In this document: positions 27,706-36,683 of the stretch, piece by piece
Layout of the letters: every line of letters starts with the position of its first letter
Numbering within the stretch: the first letter of the stretch is position 1
DNA from: an uncultured Candidatus Saccharibacteria bacterium
GTDB taxonomy: Bacteria > Patescibacteriota > Minisyncoccia > Phycocordibacterales > UBA9973
DNA length: 64,000 nucleotides
Assembly: GCA_964527235.1 (NCBI GenBank)
Contig: CAZGNC010000003.1
Coordinates: forward strand, 47,809-111,808
Direction of reading: 5' to 3'
The notes under the pieces: model-generated
What the model was told of the DNA's origin: nothing
Databases searched by the model: none
The model's input: only the letters and a program-made list of their open reading frames with translations
Translations under genes and position numbers: made by a program

Positions 27706-28620
27706 CTAGATAAGATCCGCAAACTTTATCGCTTTATTCTGACTCCAATCCATAATTTTGACATACCTTCCGTTATGTTTATTCGGTCTATTATATTTAC
27801 AACCTTCACACTCATATTTTTCAACAACTTCAGGTTTTTCTTCAAACAGTGTCGACAGGCCTTTGATGATTTTAGTTTCATGATGGCAACTCATAGGTAT
27901 AACATACTTTAAACCATCCATTTGGAAGATATTCCAGCTTATAATCTCTGCAAATTCTTGTTGTATCTTAAATGTTGGTATTCGCTTAAACTTAGCCTTG
28001 TAATAATCAATAAGTGTGTAAAGTAAATTCTCGCGCGCAAGCAACACGTTATCACCCTGCCATTCATATCCATAACTTGCCCTGAAAGATTCTTTTGCCC
28101 AAAAAATCCATTCTTTTTTAGAATTACAATACTTTGAAATGATACGTAATTTTTTATCCAAAAAACCAACACGATTGTTTAATTTAATTAATTTACCAGT
28201 ATGTGCCATCGGATTGTAACGACTGACAATAAAAGGTGCTTCTCCGCAAGTTATTTCTAATTTTAATTCACGTACATAATCTTGCCAATTATTTTTATTT
28301 GGCAACTTATCTATTGCTTTATTAATTTGATCAACAATTTTTATTGGTGTAAAAACTTCTGCCCTGTCTTTTGTACGATGACGTTGCTCTTCTAAACTTT
28401 TTGCAGCGCGTGGCTGAATAAGCAAATTATATTTGCTTGTGACTAATTTAGATGTAATATTTTTATCACACAAAAATTCTTTTCCAAACTTTTCATAAGA
28501 ATCTGTCGCCCAAATAATATTCTTTTTCGTCGTATGATCTAGAAGTAAGATACCAAGCAAATCACCATTTCGATGTAATGTATTTTCGAATATATCAATA
28601 TTTTTCCTCGAGGTATTCAT
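27706..28620 (-). CDS. defence-operon gene Z: protein with gamma-class MTase motif X/I-like N-terminus (AEVFTPIKIVDQI...LEITCGEAPF) and C-terminal Cys-rich zinc ribbon; no NPPY
   Basis: Start ATG lies 4 nt after the stop of gene Y (translational coupling). CHHETK...YECEGCKYNRP cysteine cluster. Confidence 0.45.
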   Translation of the reverse strand: MNTSRKNIDIFENTLHRNGDLLGILLLDHTTKKNIIWATDSYEKFGKEFLCDKNITSKLVTSKYNLLIQPRAAKSLEEQRHRTKDRAEVFTPIKIVDQINKAIDKLPNKNNWQDYVRELKLEITCGEAPFIVSRYNPMAHTGKLIKLNNRVGFLDKKLRIISKYCNSKKEWIFWAKESFRASYGYEWQGDNVLLARENLLYTLIDYYKAKFKRIPTFKIQQEFAEIISWNIFQMDGLKYVIPMSCHHETKIIKGLSTLFEEKPEVVEKYECEGCKYNRPNKHNGRYVKIMDWSQNKAIKFADLI

Positions 28621-28624
28621 GTTT

Positions 28625-31600
28625 TTATGACATTGCTTTTAGATGAGTCTCAATAAAGTCAATTTCTTTCTTATCTAGACCATACTTTTTATATAGCTGA
28701 TGATCAATTTCGGCAATTGATTTTGACCAATTGATGTCTGAGTTGTTTGTGAAATCTTGAATCGGAACGTTTCTCCACACCTTTCCTGGATTATGTTGTG
28801 TAACTTTTAGTGTTTGAAGTAAAGTTCTACAAAATTTTGTTTTTAAATAAGAAACGCAATTGACGGCTTCTGTTTTTTTTACAAAAGAACCGATTCCGAT
28901 ATAGCTTTGTGTATAACCTACTAATTTATCACCTATAAATGGTGTGGATAAAATTTCGCCAAATTTACCTGAACCACTTGATTTTGGTAGTATCACTTTA
29001 AAGTTATCGACATTGGTGTGAGCATCTAAATACTTCTTATTAATATACTTTGAGACTCTTTTATTATTGATCAAGCCAAAAATTTTTACATTATTAGCTT
29101 TGTCACTACTTTCAGTAAATACTTTTAGTTGTTCAAATATTGGTGTAGTTAAACGTTTTTCTTGACCTCCACTTCCTATTATTTTTTTATAATTTGGGTA
29201 ATCTGCATATAGGGCATCTAAATTAAACTTGCTTTGTGTATATATAATTAGCGATAGATCAGAAAACATTATGCCCTTTTTCACTTTGTTTAGAATTGAG
29301 TTTAATTCATGGTAACTTGTAAACGATCCTATCGGACCAATATCAGCATTTGCGTCACGATACGTTATCGCTACACCCCCTTTAATATCAGTATTTGGAA
29401 ATATAGTGGATGAATTTTGCTCATAATATATAACTGATACATGTATATCTGCGAGCATTTTCTCATTCCATTCCTTTGGGGTTTTACCTGCTTTAAACAG
29501 AAAACGAGCAGGATGAATCAATGCCACCTTATCTGCCAGTTTGTATGATTCATCAATAAACAGATGATAGATCGGATTATCACTCGTGTCTTTTGTTTGG
29601 ATTTGGTATGGTGGGTTTCCTACAACTGCTGTGAATTTCATATCTTTATCTCTTAAATTAAATTTTTCTAATAATTCTACTTTCAGGTTGTAATCTTTAT
29701 AATTTTCTTTCTGCTGCAGTTTCTGAATTAAATCTTCAATATAAACAATGTTAGTTTTTGCACCTTTATTATACCCAGCTAAAGTTCTTTGCGTAATACT
29801 TTGCGCCATTGGACTTTTACAAAGCACGTATATGTTATCTTTCAATAAATCACCCCATATCTTTTGAGATATTTTCTCTTCAGGCTTTTTAATCTTTATA
29901 AGCTGCCTTGAGTACACGTTGTAAGCGGCTAATAATGGATAAAGTCCGGATTTCGAGTTTATTTCCAGTATCTTTGTGTCGTCCTGCGACCAAACACTTG
30001 TGTCAGCATCGTGACTTTTCCATTCTGGTTTTCCTGTTTTATCTGTAACTCCACTACAAAAATCATGCCCTCCAAACGCTAGCGTTAAATGTTTATTTAC
30101 AACACTCCACGGGGTGAGCACCGTCTCTTTATCAGGATTTTTAAAAGTACTGAATATTTCAGCAATTGCTTGTACTCTTTCGGTTGGCAAAAGATCATCG
30201 CAATCAAAAGCTTTAGCGCGAATACTATGAGCAACTCCTTTGAAAACATCTTCATCATAATACTTAGTAAACTCTGTAAATTTATCTTTTGATAAACCAG
30301 TTGGCATGAATTCCTTCCAAGAATCTTCGTCAACAAGATCAATAAACCTTTGAAGTGTTATAATTTCTCGCACCGACACATCAGCGCCGTACACCAACAT
30401 AGGCATACGAATACTTACTGCACGCAATATATTAATAGCATTTTTCTTTTGTTCGAAAGCTTCTTTTTTCTTTTTTAAATTTTCTTTTTCCTCCTCTGAT
30501 AACTCTAAATTTTTCTTTTTCTTACGTTCAGCCTCCTCTGCTTTCTGTAACTGAAGATCATCCATTCCAAGTTCATTAATCTTAATCTCATTTATTTTTT
30601 CGCTTGATGATGTCCCGATGATAGATTTAAGTTCATTAAATTTAGACATCTCCATTTCATCAAGCTTTAATAATTCATCGTTGTATAGCTTAGGATCATC
30701 AAAGCCATTTCGACTTACACGTTCAATAATAGCTTTTTTGAGTTGACCCAACATTACCTCAACATCATATGGTTTCATTACTCCGCCCTTGGCGGCGAGA
30801 ATTGGACAGAAGTTTAAAAATTCTCTCATCGCATCTTTTTGCTCAGGTGAATTAATTTTTCCTGATTTATGATTAAGCTCTATTGCTTCAGCTACTAATT
30901 TCAAGGTGCGATCCGGTGCAAAATCAAACACATATCCTTGAGTTTTTAGTTTACCGTCTATTTTTGCAGGGGTTTGGCAACGAAATGCTGTCTGTAAATA
31001 AGTTGTTGCGGAACTAGTATCAGACATCATAAAAACTGCTGTCCATTCAGGAACAGATGCCCCAGTAGTCAAACGTTGACCTGTAAGCGTAATGGTATAT
31101 TCATGATTTTTAATTGCCTTAGTAACACGATCTTTGGCAATTTTATCCTCCTCATCGTCACGACTATCTCCAGAAATATTTACCACACCGAACCCGCTGG
31201 AGCCAAAAACTGAATGGTCTTTGAGCAACTTCTCCATCGCCTCGATAACCTTAACCCTATTAGGTAAAAGCCACAGAGAGTGTTTATTGTAATTACGATA
31301 TTCTTTTGTTGCGTAAGGGAATTTAGTCTGTAATTTTTCATCTACTAGTAAATCTAAGAATCTTTTGACCATTGGCTCGTGAACAAATTCAGCCGTATCT
31401 TTACCCTCATCGTCCTTACGCACACGAAAAAACTCATGAAACCTAAAAGCCCCATCAAGAGAGTCGTGAAAATTTTCACCCAGACTGCCGATATGGCTGG
31501 CAAATGTATCTACATCATATGTAAATATACTAAGGGACGGCAATTCCGCGTATGGGTTTGGTATTCCGGGGTTGCGCTCGTCCCAATTTAACTTTTCTTC

Positions 31601-32650
31601 CTGTTCCATTACATAATCCCAAGTGAAAATATCTTCTTCTTCGTGCTTATGTAGAATATTGAATGGGGTTCCAGAAAGTTGTAGTACAAAATTTGCTGGT
31701 ATTTTTAAAAAAGTAGCATCCCCAAGAGCACTTTGTGTTCCCTCGTGAGCCTCATCAACAATCAACATATCCCAAGCGGTATCAAAAACTTCATCGTTTT
31801 TATCAAAACCTCTCGCCTGAGACCCAGCTGACTTATCTTCTACTACTCGTTTCGACAGTCGTAGGTCTTGTAGTGAAGCAAAGTAAACAAAAGGTTTTTT
31901 ACCCTTACTCAGAGTATTAATGTGTTCTCCTATTGTTGTTGAAGAAAATTCATAATTTGCACCAGCTAGCACCTTATTGTAATCATCGTACCAATCACTA
32001 CTAACACTAGGACGGTGAGTCACAATCAGCACTTTCTTCATTTCATTTTCTTTGGCCACCTGCATCGCTGCAGATGTTTTACCGAAACGCATTTTTGCAT
32101 TCCAAAGAAAATGCTTACGTTTTTTCTTAATAGCCTGAGTTGTCTTTTTTATGGCCTCAAGCTGATTGGGGCGAAATTGAAATTCAGAAACTGCTGAGAC
32201 TGTTCTCTCCATATTAGATAATGCCACCCTGCCTTCTTTTACAGCTTGAATTGCCTTTTTTGCAATATCCAAACTAACTTCAAACCACTCAGAATGTGAA
32301 TTTTTAATATTTTCAGCCTTGCGTTTATAACCAGAACGCTTAAGTACTTCATGCACATCATGGTCAGAAAAATATTTGTTTTCGTTAGTAATGGCAATTT
32401 CCGCATGTTCAAGAATGTAAGGGATGTCTGCCGTTTTAGTTTGCTGTATTATGCGCTTGTGAGCTGCTAAATCGATTTCTTCTCGTGTTGAATTTAAGGA
32501 TACTGTAGTCGCACTACCAATTTTTAACCGGCCCTTATGTTGTTCTCCCGGAACAGAATAAATGTAAATTACACCATATGAGAAAGTTTCATTTATTTCG
32601 CTAGATTTGTAAGGGTTATTTTCTGCTTCCGGTTTTATAATCTTGTTCAT
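28625..32650 (-). CDS. defence-operon gene Y: T5orf172/MUG113 (GIY-YIG-like)-SF2 DEAH helicase-N6-adenine DNA methyltransferase fusion (Type ISP-like)
   Basis: N-terminal YGVIYIYSV...GRLKIGSATT...EWFEV (T5orf172-like). Walker A RFGKTSAAM and DEAH box LIVDEAHEG. Helicase C motifs. VVGNPPYQ (MTase motif IV) at about 29603-29626. ATG at 32650 chosen over 32740 to avoid overlap with gene X. Confidence 0.7.
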   Translation of the reverse strand: MNKIIKPEAENNPYKSSEINETFSYGVIYIYSVPGEQHKGRLKIGSATTVSLNSTREEIDLAAHKRIIQQTKTADIPYILEHAEIAITNENKYFSDHDVHEVLKRSGYKRKAENIKNSHSEWFEVSLDIAKKAIQAVKEGRVALSNMERTVSAVSEFQFRPNQLEAIKKTTQAIKKKRKHFLWNAKMRFGKTSAAMQVAKENEMKKVLIVTHRPSVSSDWYDDYNKVLAGANYEFSSTTIGEHINTLSKGKKPFVYFASLQDLRLSKRVVEDKSAGSQARGFDKNDEVFDTAWDMLIVDEAHEGTQSALGDATFLKIPANFVLQLSGTPFNILHKHEEEDIFTWDYVMEQEEKLNWDERNPGIPNPYAELPSLSIFTYDVDTFASHIGSLGENFHDSLDGAFRFHEFFRVRKDDEGKDTAEFVHEPMVKRFLDLLVDEKLQTKFPYATKEYRNYNKHSLWLLPNRVKVIEAMEKLLKDHSVFGSSGFGVVNISGDSRDDEEDKIAKDRVTKAIKNHEYTITLTGQRLTTGASVPEWTAVFMMSDTSSATTYLQTAFRCQTPAKIDGKLKTQGYVFDFAPDRTLKLVAEAIELNHKSGKINSPEQKDAMREFLNFCPILAAKGGVMKPYDVEVMLGQLKKAIIERVSRNGFDDPKLYNDELLKLDEMEMSKFNELKSIIGTSSSEKINEIKINELGMDDLQLQKAEEAERKKKKNLELSEEEKENLKKKKEAFEQKKNAINILRAVSIRMPMLVYGADVSVREIITLQRFIDLVDEDSWKEFMPTGLSKDKFTEFTKYYDEDVFKGVAHSIRAKAFDCDDLLPTERVQAIAEIFSTFKNPDKETVLTPWSVVNKHLTLAFGGHDFCSGVTDKTGKPEWKSHDADTSVWSQDDTKILEINSKSGLYPLLAAYNVYSRQLIKIKKPEEKISQKIWGDLLKDNIYVLCKSPMAQSITQRTLAGYNKGAKTNIVYIEDLIQKLQQKENYKDYNLKVELLEKFNLRDKDMKFTAVVGNPPYQIQTKDTSDNPIYHLFIDESYKLADKVALIHPARFLFKAGKTPKEWNEKMLADIHVSVIYYEQNSSTIFPNTDIKGGVAITYRDANADIGPIGSFTSYHELNSILNKVKKGIMFSDLSLIIYTQSKFNLDALYADYPNYKKIIGSGGQEKRLTTPIFEQLKVFTESSDKANNVKIFGLINNKRVSKYINKKYLDAHTNVDNFKVILPKSSGSGKFGEILSTPFIGDKLVGYTQSYIGIGSFVKKTEAVNCVSYLKTKFCRTLLQTLKVTQHNPGKVWRNVPIQDFTNNSDINWSKSIAEIDHQLYKKYGLDKKEIDFIETHLKAMS

Positions 32651-32654
32651 AAAA

Positions 32655-33629
32655 TTATTCTTTAAACTCTCTAAAATGCCTACCGAACACGTTTTGGAAA
32701 AGAATTGCCTTTTCGTATAGCCACATGAAATATTTTTCATTTTCCGAAGGATCAGATATGTTTGCTACTTTTTTCTCAATAACAATCCTAGAGGCTACTG
32801 GTGCATCGATACATTCAATTGTTTCACCAATCTCCTTTTCGATCTCTGTTTTTTTGTCACATAAAAATTTAAATAATTCCTTATCTCTATTTATATATAT
32901 TTCACAACCCAATATATTTTCACTAAAAAGAGCGCGGAGGGAGATATGCCCTGCAGAACTACCCATGCTTACATCATACCAATGCTGAGGCCTTGGCGTC
33001 CTCAGACGAATCTGAGTGTCAATTTTTTGAACAAAATCTCTGAATTTATTCCAAAATTCTAACTGTTGTAATTTAGTATCCGTAAGCGATCCACTTACAG
33101 CACTTGTCTTTACTGTCTTTGCCCATTCGTTTGGACTGACCATTATTTCAAATTTTGGAGCAGGGTTTGAGCCCTCTATCTGCCATAGTTCAAGTTTAAT
33201 TAAAAAGAAACCAATATTCTCATCGGTGTGATCATTTAACCAATCTATCGCTTTTTGGTGTTCGTCGCGCAAATCTCTAACAATCCAAATAATAATCTCT
33301 GCGTCGTAGCCAGAGGCATAAGTAATAATCTTGCCTAGATGGTCGTGATTTGCATCTTCTAACTGGTTTTCGATTATTATTTTTCTACCCGACATTTCCT
33401 CCTCAGCTAAAATATCGACGCTGAACTTACCAACACTTGCCTCAGTTTTAATTAATTTTATGTCGACACCTATTTCTTCACTCAAAATTTCCAAATTATC
33501 TTCTTGCGATAGCCATTTTGTAAAATCTGGTTCTAGCGACCATACATCTCTCGGGTCAACTTTTGTTATTCTTGATAGATCCTTTTTTGTGTACATTTTA
33601 TTTCTTCCAATCCTTAATTTGTAACCCAC
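32655..33629 (-). CDS. defence-operon gene X: PD-(D/E)xK-like N-terminal region + DUF4268-like C-terminal region
   Basis: VGKFSVDILAEEE...GRKIIIENQL resembles a D..(D/E)xK nuclease core. Stop is 4 nt before the start of Y. Confidence 0.4.
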   Translation of the reverse strand: MGYKLRIGRNKMYTKKDLSRITKVDPRDVWSLEPDFTKWLSQEDNLEILSEEIGVDIKLIKTEASVGKFSVDILAEEEMSGRKIIIENQLEDANHDHLGKIITYASGYDAEIIIWIVRDLRDEHQKAIDWLNDHTDENIGFFLIKLELWQIEGSNPAPKFEIMVSPNEWAKTVKTSAVSGSLTDTKLQQLEFWNKFRDFVQKIDTQIRLRTPRPQHWYDVSMGSSAGHISLRALFSENILGCEIYINRDKELFKFLCDKKTEIEKEIGETIECIDAPVASRIVIEKKVANISDPSENEKYFMWLYEKAILFQNVFGRHFREFKE

Positions 33630-33771
33630 CGCGGATCTTTTTAACGACCACTTTTTGTTTTTCCCTCCAACCGAGTTCTTTTAAAATTTCAACCGGAATA
33701 GAAACAGAATGACTAGTGCCATTTTTGGTAATTTTCCTTATATTCCTGTCGTTATAAGCTCTGTCGGCCAT
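33598..33771 (-). CDS. AbrB/MazE/SpoVT-type looped-hinge-helix DNA-binding protein (57 aa)
   Basis: SHSVSIPVEILKELGWREKQKVVVKK..GGLQIK. Start taken at the ATG at 33771; the longer 33846 reading runs through a poly-C tract and encodes low-complexity sequence. Confidence 0.55.
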   Translation of the reverse strand: MADRAYNDRNIRKITKNGTSHSVSIPVEILKELGWREKQKVVVKKIRGGLQIKDWKK

Positions 33772-33788
33772 ACGTATTCGTATACGTA
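33771..33788. promoter_or_regulatory. near-palindrome TACGTATTCGTATACGTA abutting the AbrB-like start codon (candidate operator)
   Basis: 18-nt inverted repeat. Confidence 0.35.
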
Positions 33789-33825
33789 TGATACCCCCAA
33801 TCCCACAATTTGTAAATTTTGAAAA

Positions 33826-33834
33826 ATCCCCCCC
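33826..33834. repeat. poly-C(9)/poly-G homopolymer tract in the promoter region of the AbrB-like gene / defence operon
   Basis: ccccccccc followed by aacccc. Confidence 0.8.
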
Positions 33835-33851
33835 CCAACCCCTCATAAAAC

Positions 33852-34208
33852 TTACTTCCCTGGCACAAATTTCATTGATATAGAATTCACGCAGTGGCGT
33901 ATATCCTTCTCAGTAAATCCTTCCCCGGTAAAAAGGTGCCCGAGGTGCCCGCCACAACGTGCGCAAGTTATCTCAGTCCGTACCCCATCAGCATCGAGAG
34001 TTTTCTTCACAGCCCCAGGCAACTCATCGTCGAAAGACGGCCAGCCACAATGCGACTCGAACTTACTCTTAGAATCATACAGCGGTGCGTCGCACTGCCT
34101 GCAGACATACACGCCAGTCGCTTTGTTGTTCACGTACTCACCCGTGAAAGGCGCTTCGGTGCCCTTGTCTATTATTACCCTACGCTCTTCTTCGGTTAGA
34201 TTATTCAC
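33852..34208 (-). CDS. msrB: peptide methionine sulfoxide reductase B
   Basis: CxxC...CGWPSF...[12 protein letters not shown] zinc and active-site motifs of SelR/MsrB. Confidence 0.9.
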   Translation of the reverse strand: MNNLTEEERRVIIDKGTEAPFTGEYVNNKATGVYVCRQCDAPLYDSKSKFESHCGWPSFDDELPGAVKKTLDADGVRTEITCARCGGHLGHLFTGEGFTEKDIRHCVNSISMKFVPGK

Positions 34209-34247
34209 ACATACATATTACCATGCTCTGCAATAAAAATATTAAAA

Positions 34248-34538
34248 GTGTATAATCGTATAATGACACAAGTTTTAGAATTGGTATTTTACCTACCGGG
34301 AATATTTTTCCTTATTTCAGGCGTACCACAGACGATAAAATTACTAAAGACCAAAAGTTCTGAAGATATCAGCATCTCTATGTATGTACTCACCTGTCTC
34401 GGCATAGCTATAGTGGTGGTAAATGCATACATGTCGAAAAACACGAGTATCCTCGTATCGAACTTGGCGAGCCTGGCAATAACCGCCACAAATACATTTC
34501 TCGTAATAAAATACCAAAAAGAAAAACCGCTCGACTAA
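34248..34538 (+). CDS. SemiSWEET / PQ-loop sugar transporter (3 TM)
   Basis: 96 aa, three helices, PQ motif GVPQTIKLLKTKSSEDIS. Confidence 0.7.
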   Translation: MYNRIMTQVLELVFYLPGIFFLISGVPQTIKLLKTKSSEDISISMYVLTCLGIAIVVVNAYMSKNTSILVSNLASLAITATNTFLVIKYQKEKPLD

Positions 34539-34560
34539 ATAAATAGTGAGCGGTTTTTCT
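34523..34560. terminator. bidirectional terminator AAAAACCGCTC...GAGCGGTTTTT
   Basis: 11-bp arms between convergent SemiSWEET and csp genes. Confidence 0.65.
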
Positions 34561-34587
34561 TTGTCTCTGAGTTCCCTCTTGCAAATA

Positions 34588-34788
34588 TTATGCGCGAGAT
34601 ACTTGAGTAGCAGCTGGACCTTTCTCAGTATCAACTACTGTGAAAGATACAGTGTCGCCAACTTTCAACTCGTCGAAAGTGACGTCAACTAATTCCTTTG
34701 AGTGAAAGAAAAGGTCCTTCGCCTCGCCTTCGCGAGAGATAAATCCAAATCCTTTATCAGTAAGAGTCTTGATTGTTCCTGTCATCAT
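34588..34788 (-). CDS. cold-shock protein (CspA family)
   Basis: GTIKTLTDKGFGFISREG...DLFFH RNP motifs. Confidence 0.9.
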   Translation of the reverse strand: MMTGTIKTLTDKGFGFISREGEAKDLFFHSKELVDVTFDELKVGDTVSFTVVDTEKGPAATQVSRA

Positions 34789-34908
34789 ATGATTGTTTTG
34801 ATTATTTTAATTTTTACTCGAAACCTCGACGTTTGTTCCTGTGCCCGTCTGCCCAATAGGCAGACTTTACACCAAGCTAGTATATCTTATAAAACAATAA
34901 ATAGCGAA

Positions 34909-35889
34909 TTATTTCAATACTTCACTATTGCAAATGCTACGCAACGCAGCTAGGTCTGAGCTGTTGGGAGTTGCGCCTAGGCCTACGTTTAATGCATACA
35001 TTATCGCCTTTGGGTCATCAAGGTGCGCTATGTTTAATGCATGTCCGAACTCATGCGCAAGCAATCGCACGAGCTTTGACCTACTACTGAACTCAAAAAC
35101 GTCTATTTCTCTTATTCTCCCATCACTACGATATACTCCTTCTTCGAAAGTCTCGCCACGCTCTACGCCTATAGTCTTGTTGTATTTCTCTACAGATAAA
35201 TTTAGATCAGCAGCCATTTTGTTTAATGGTTCTACTAGAGCATTCACTTCATTAGCTAGAGTATTTAATTCTTGTGCATCTTCTGATACAGAACTAGAGA
35301 GAGCTTCTAGGGCGAGTCGCTCTTTTTCTAATCTATTAAATTCATTCTGTGGAGCACCACCTTTATCGTTCCAATATTTTATTTCTGATTGCAACTTTGC
35401 CCATTTTTGATTTAGAGATAAAACCCTAGAGTCGTAGCTACTCTTCGCCTCGGTGTACCTTGCTTTCAAGGCCAAGAACTCTGCTTGTAGTCTGTCGTAC
35501 GAGGCTTTATCGTTTTTCACATCAGTATTTAAAGTCTTAAGCTTCTCCGTCACCTGCTGACGATAGTCATACTCGAGATTAACAGCTAAAACATCATAAT
35601 CATCATTATCTGGCGCGTAAGCAAAAAGATCAAGCCCCATAGGCTTCTCCCACACTGCTTCAGCTTCGGCGATAGCCTTCAAGAAATATTCCTTAGAAAT
35701 ACCGAACTCGGTGTTGAAATTCCCAATTTTATAAGGTATCGGCTCGGCACATGGTATGTCTTTGATAAATAGCCCGCTGATGTTGTTAAGTAACGGTAGT
35801 ATGTGCGGATTCTTTACAAAATATGCCTCATACCACACGGCTCCACCGATAAGTCCGAGCATTATGAGAATTTGTATAAATTGTTTCAA
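34909..35889 (-). CDS. membrane-anchored metzincin-type zinc metalloprotease with coiled-coil region
   Basis: HEFGHALNIAH zinc-binding motif; N-terminal TM; long helical or coiled-coil middle. Confidence 0.6.
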   Translation of the reverse strand: MKQFIQILIMLGLIGGAVWYEAYFVKNPHILPLLNNISGLFIKDIPCAEPIPYKIGNFNTEFGISKEYFLKAIAEAEAVWEKPMGLDLFAYAPDNDDYDVLAVNLEYDYRQQVTEKLKTLNTDVKNDKASYDRLQAEFLALKARYTEAKSSYDSRVLSLNQKWAKLQSEIKYWNDKGGAPQNEFNRLEKERLALEALSSSVSEDAQELNTLANEVNALVEPLNKMAADLNLSVEKYNKTIGVERGETFEEGVYRSDGRIREIDVFEFSSRSKLVRLLAHEFGHALNIAHLDDPKAIMYALNVGLGATPNSSDLAALRSICNSEVLK

Positions 35890-35902
35890 AGCAAAAAATA
35901 TT

Positions 35903-36670
35903 TTACTCTTGAATATTTTCTAGGTTTTCAATCGGATTAGACTTGGGATCTTTAATTAGTTTCAGAGAAAAATCTTTTTCCTCTGCTGAAACAGCAACAT
36001 CGAAATAAGCATACACTGAGGAATATGGTTCTATTGTACGATCAAACTTCCACTGCTTTAAAACTTTTTCTTTCCCTATTAGCTGTAGAAAACTAGGAGG
36101 CAATACTAAATCTTCTGAAGTATTATTTACAAATTCGATATTAACAACGATTTTCGCTTGATTCTCAGGCAAGCCACCATAACTATACCCACACGATTTA
36201 TTCTCGCAGAAAGGTAAAACTATACCATCATAAGATGACGAAGGGACATATCTACCAATACTCAATACAATAAAGTCATCATTAGACACAATTCCTTCTT
36301 CTATTACAATTAAATTTTCTGCATCTTTTTCATTAAATTCTAAACCATTAACTTCAGTTTCCCCTTTTTTAGCATAAGTTGGGACTAGATTAGCAATGAA
36401 TGGTCGATGGTCCTGATCAACAACACTTGCATCTTCGAATTGAAAGGTGTTTTTAACATTCAATACTTTCTTGGCACCTTCTGGTAAACTAGACTCAACT
36501 AAAATTTTCTTGCCAGCCTTGCTAAAAAAATAAAAATACAATCCTACGCTATTAACCAAAACAGAGAATATCAGAGCAACAACTAAGAACAACTGCCAAC
36601 CACTTTGGGTGTTATTATTCGCACTCACTTCTGTTGTGGTATTTGGTTTTTGTGGAATATTTTGTTCCAT
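35903..36670 (-). CDS. membrane-anchored hypothetical protein
   Basis: TM at residues about 25-48; no motif. Confidence 0.35.
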   Translation of the reverse strand: MEQNIPQKPNTTTEVSANNNTQSGWQLFLVVALIFSVLVNSVGLYFYFFSKAGKKILVESSLPEGAKKVLNVKNTFQFEDASVVDQDHRPFIANLVPTYAKKGETEVNGLEFNEKDAENLIVIEEGIVSNDDFIVLSIGRYVPSSSYDGIVLPFCENKSCGYSYGGLPENQAKIVVNIEFVNNTSEDLVLPPSFLQLIGKEKVLKQWKFDRTIEPYSSVYAYFDVAVSAEEKDFSLKLIKDPKSNPIENLENIQE

Positions 36671-36683
36671 ATATTTTATATAT

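Noticed and set aside
33598-33846. 82-aa reading of the AbrB-like gene starting at 33846
   Set aside because: The N-terminal 25 residues (MRGWGGDFSKFTNCGIGGIIRIRIR) are translated from the poly-C/poly-G tract and palindrome. The conserved looped-hinge-helix domain begins at the internal ATG at 33771.
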